Assembly (NCBI RefSeq): GCF_009914755.1
Contig: NC_060927.1
Reading direction: 5' to 3' (one strand)
DNA from: the human T2T-CHM13v2.0 reference genome, Homo sapiens
Length of the DNA stretch: 64,000 nt
Below are positions 61,001 through 64,000 of the stretch, piece by piece. Position 1 is the first letter of the stretch, and each line of letters begins with the position of its first letter. A program made the position numbers and the translations under genes. The notes below the pieces were generated by a model. The model was given only the letters and a program-made list of their open reading frames with translations, was not told where the DNA came from and did no database searches.

Positions 61001-64000
61001 CCAGATATATATTCTATAGTGTACATAAAATAACAAAGTACACAAACTATACATTATATACTGTACATAAAATATGAAATTACATCAAATATATATTAGG
61101 TACATAAAACATGAAAGTACATCAAATATAGATTATATACTGTACATATAATATCAATGTACCCGAAATATATATTTTATACTCTACATGAAATATCAAA
61201 GTTCACAAACCATATATTGTATACTGCACATAAAATATCAAAATACCCAAGGTATATATTCTGTACTGTACAAAAAATATCAAAGTACCCAAAGCAGGTA
61301 TTATATACTGTACATAAAATATGAAAGTACATCAAATATATATTTTATTCTGTACATAAAATATCAAAGTACACCAGATATATATTCTATAGCGTACATA
61401 AAATATCAAAGTACACAAACTATACATTATATACTGTACATAAAATATGAAATTACATCAAATATATATTATATTAGGTACATGAAATATGAAAGTACAT
61501 CAAATATAGATTATATACTGTAAATATAATATCAATGTACCCCAAATATATATTTTATACTCTACATGAAATATCAAAGTTCACAAACCATATATTATAT
61601 ACTGTACATAAAATATCAAAGTACCCAAGGTATATATTCTATACTGTACAAAAAATATCAAAGTACACAAAGCATGTATTATATACTGTACATAAAATAT
61701 GAAATTACATCAAATATATATTATATTAGGTACATAAAATATGAAAGTACATCAAATATAGATTATATACTGTACATAAAATATCAAAGTACCCCAAATA
61801 TATATTATATACTGTACATGTAATATCAAAGTTCACAACTATATATTACATACTGTACTTAAAATATCAAAGTACCCAAGGTATATATTCTATACTGTAC
61901 AAAAAATATCAAAATACCCAAAGCATGTATTATATACTGTACATAAAATATGAAAGTACATCAAATATATATTTTATTCTGTACATAAAATATCAAAGTA
62001 CACCAGATATATATTCTATAGTGTATATAAAATATTAAAGTATCCAAACTATACATTATATACTGTACATAAAATATGAAATTACATCAAATACATATTA
62101 TATTAGGTACATAAAATATGAAAGTACATGAAGTATAGATTATATACTGTAGATAAAATATCAAAGTACCCCAAATTTATATTATATACTATACATGAAA
62201 TATCAAAGTTCACAAACTATATATTATATACTGTACATAAAATATCAAAGTACCCAAGGTATATATTCTATAGTGTACAAAAAATATCAAAGTACCCAAA
62301 GCATGTATTATATACCGTACATAAAATATAAAATTACATCAAATATATATTTTATTCTGTACATAAAATATCAAAGTACACCAGATATATATACTATAGT
62401 GTACATAAAATATCAAAGTACCCAAACTATACATTATACACTGTACATAAAATATGAAATTACATCAAATATATATTAGGTACATAAAATATGAAAGTAC
62501 ATCAAATATAGATTATATACTGTAAATATAATATCAATGTACCCCAAATATATATTTTATACTCTACATGAAATATCAAAGTTCACAAACCATATATTAT
62601 ATACTGTACATAAAATATCAAAGTACCCAAGGTATATATTCTATACTGTACAAAAAATATCAAAGTACCCAAAGCATGTATTATATACTGTACATAAAAT
62701 ATGAAAGTACATCAAATATATATTTTATTCTGTACATAAAATATCAAAGTACACTAGATATATATTCTATAGTGTACATAAAACATCAAAATACCCAAAC
62801 TATACATTATATACTGTACATAAAATATGAGATTACATCAAATATATATTATATTAGGTACATAAAATATGAAAGTACATCAAATATAGATTATATACTG
62901 TACATAAAATATCAAAGTACCCCTAATATATATTATATACTCTACATGAAATATCAAAGTTCACAAACTATATATTATATACTGTACATAAAATATCAAA
63001 GTACCCAAGGTATATATTCTATACTGTACAAAAAATATCAAAGTACCCAAAGCATGTATTATATACTGTATATAAAATAAGAAAGTACATTAAATATATA
63101 TTTTATTCTGTACATAAAATATCAAAGTACACCAGATATATATTCTATGGTGTACATAAAATAACAAAGTACACAAACTATAAATTATATACTCTACATA
63201 AAATATGAAATTACATCAAATATATATTAGGTACATAAAATATGAAAGTACATCAAATATAGATTATATACTGAACATATAATATCAATGTACCCCAAAT
63301 ATATATTTGATACTCTACATGAAATATCAAAGTTCAGAAACCATACATTATATACTGTACATAAAATATCAAAGTACCCAAGGTATATATTCTATACTGT
63401 ACAAAAAATATCAAAGTACCCAAAGCATGTATTATATACTGTACATAATATATGAAAGTACATCAAATATATATTTTATTCTGTACATAAAATATCAAAG
63501 TACACCAGATATATATTCTATAGTGTACATAAAATATCAAAGTACCCAAACTATACATTATATACTGTACATAAAATATGAAATTACATCAAATATATAT
63601 TAGGTACATAAAATATGAAAGTACATCAAATATATATTTTATTCTGTACATAAAATATCAAAGTACACCAGATATATATTCTATAGTGTACATAAATTAA
63701 GAAAGTACACAAACTATAAATTATATACTGTACATAAAATATGAAATTACATCAAATATATATTAGGTACATAAAATATGAAAGTACATCAAATATAGAT
63801 TATATACTGTACATATAATATCAATGTACCCGAAATATATATTTTATACTCTACATGAAATATCAAAGTTCACAAACCATATATTGTATACTGCACATAA
63901 AATATCAAAATACCCAAGGTATATATTCTATACTGTACAAAAAATATCAAAGTACCCAAAGCAGGTATTATATACTGTACATAAAATATGAAAGTACATC

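Larger units (their letters stand above)
1..64000. repeat. HSat1A (SAR / classical human Satellite I) tandem array, 42-bp monomer, single orientation, continuing past both window edges
   Basis: Seen: continuous copies of a 42-bp unit such as ATAAAATATCAAAGTACCCAAACTATACATTATATACTGTAC, with GTAC sites alternately 17 and 25 bp apart and no unique sequence anywhere. Established: 17+25 bp RsaI subunits and a 42-bp AT-rich monomer define human Satellite I/HSat1A, found in (peri)centromeric arrays of chr3, chr4 and the acrocentrics. Species assignment (human or close ape) is by recognition, not by database search. Confidence 0.96.

Noticed and set aside
242-63603. More than 150 ORFs, up to 436 aa, as protein-coding genes
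   Set aside because: All are translations of the 42-bp monomer (14-aa period). They are broken at will by the common 5-bp and 1-bp deletions and by stop variants that were themselves amplified. They show no domain-like or unique sequence.
1-64000. CRISPR-like array (conserved TACTGTACATAAAATATCAAAGTAC alternating with variable segments)
   Set aside because: The variable parts are nine homologous variants cycling in fixed order, not unique spacers. There is no leader and there are no cas genes.
1-64000. Transposon insertion, inversion or unique island inside the array
   Set aside because: None seen on reading through. Orientation is constant and all checked unit lengths are explained by monomer counts and small indels. 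A very short insert could have been missed by eye.
1-64000. Alpha satellite / CENP-B boxes, HSat1B or HSat2/3; assignment to a specific chromosome
   Set aside because: There is no 171-bp period, no CpG-containing CENP-B box, no Alu-derived part and no CATTC repeats. Chromosome assignment needs alignment to T2T assemblies.
1-64000. A simple perfect 52-kb tandem period
   Set aside because: The +52381 match covers only about 1.6-6.9 kb. Sequence to its left matches +46057, and 61.6-63.6 kb matches 14.6-15.4 kb and 30.4-31.7 kb instead.

Overview
The whole 64 kb window is one uninterrupted, single-orientation, very AT-rich (roughly 20-25% GC by eye) tandem satellite array. It matches human satellite 1A (HSat1A / SAR / classical Satellite I): a 42-bp monomer carrying two GTAC (RsaI) sites 17 and 25 bp apart, organised as a 9-monomer ~378-bp higher-order unit. 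I label the monomers by their +strand translation: A MKYQSSQT, B QSTQGIYS, C KKYQSTQSM, D ESTSNIYF, E QSTPDIYS, F QSTQTIH, G EITSNIYYIRY, H ESTSNIDY, I QSTPNIY. I found no genes, RNA genes, transposon insertions, inversions or CRISPR arrays. The ORFs are by-products of 42 being divisible by 3. Internal structure is rich: 378/373/377-bp unit variants; recurrent 13-, 12-, 8-, 6- and 16-mer units made by out-of-register exchange; two interleaved sub-domains with different diagnostic variants; and a patchwork of kb-scale duplications (offsets 918, 2047, 3878, 4454, 7476, 8933, 11227, 46057, 52381 bp). The most interesting functional lead is an inference: the + strand carries a canonical Pumilio response element (UGUACAUA) at about 6 of every 9 monomer junctions, on the order of 1000 in the window, so a + strand transcript could be an extreme NORAD-like PUM1/2 sponge. 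Offsets were read by hand from the ORF track and marker variants, so block edges are approximate. The chromosome of origin cannot be determined from the sequence alone.
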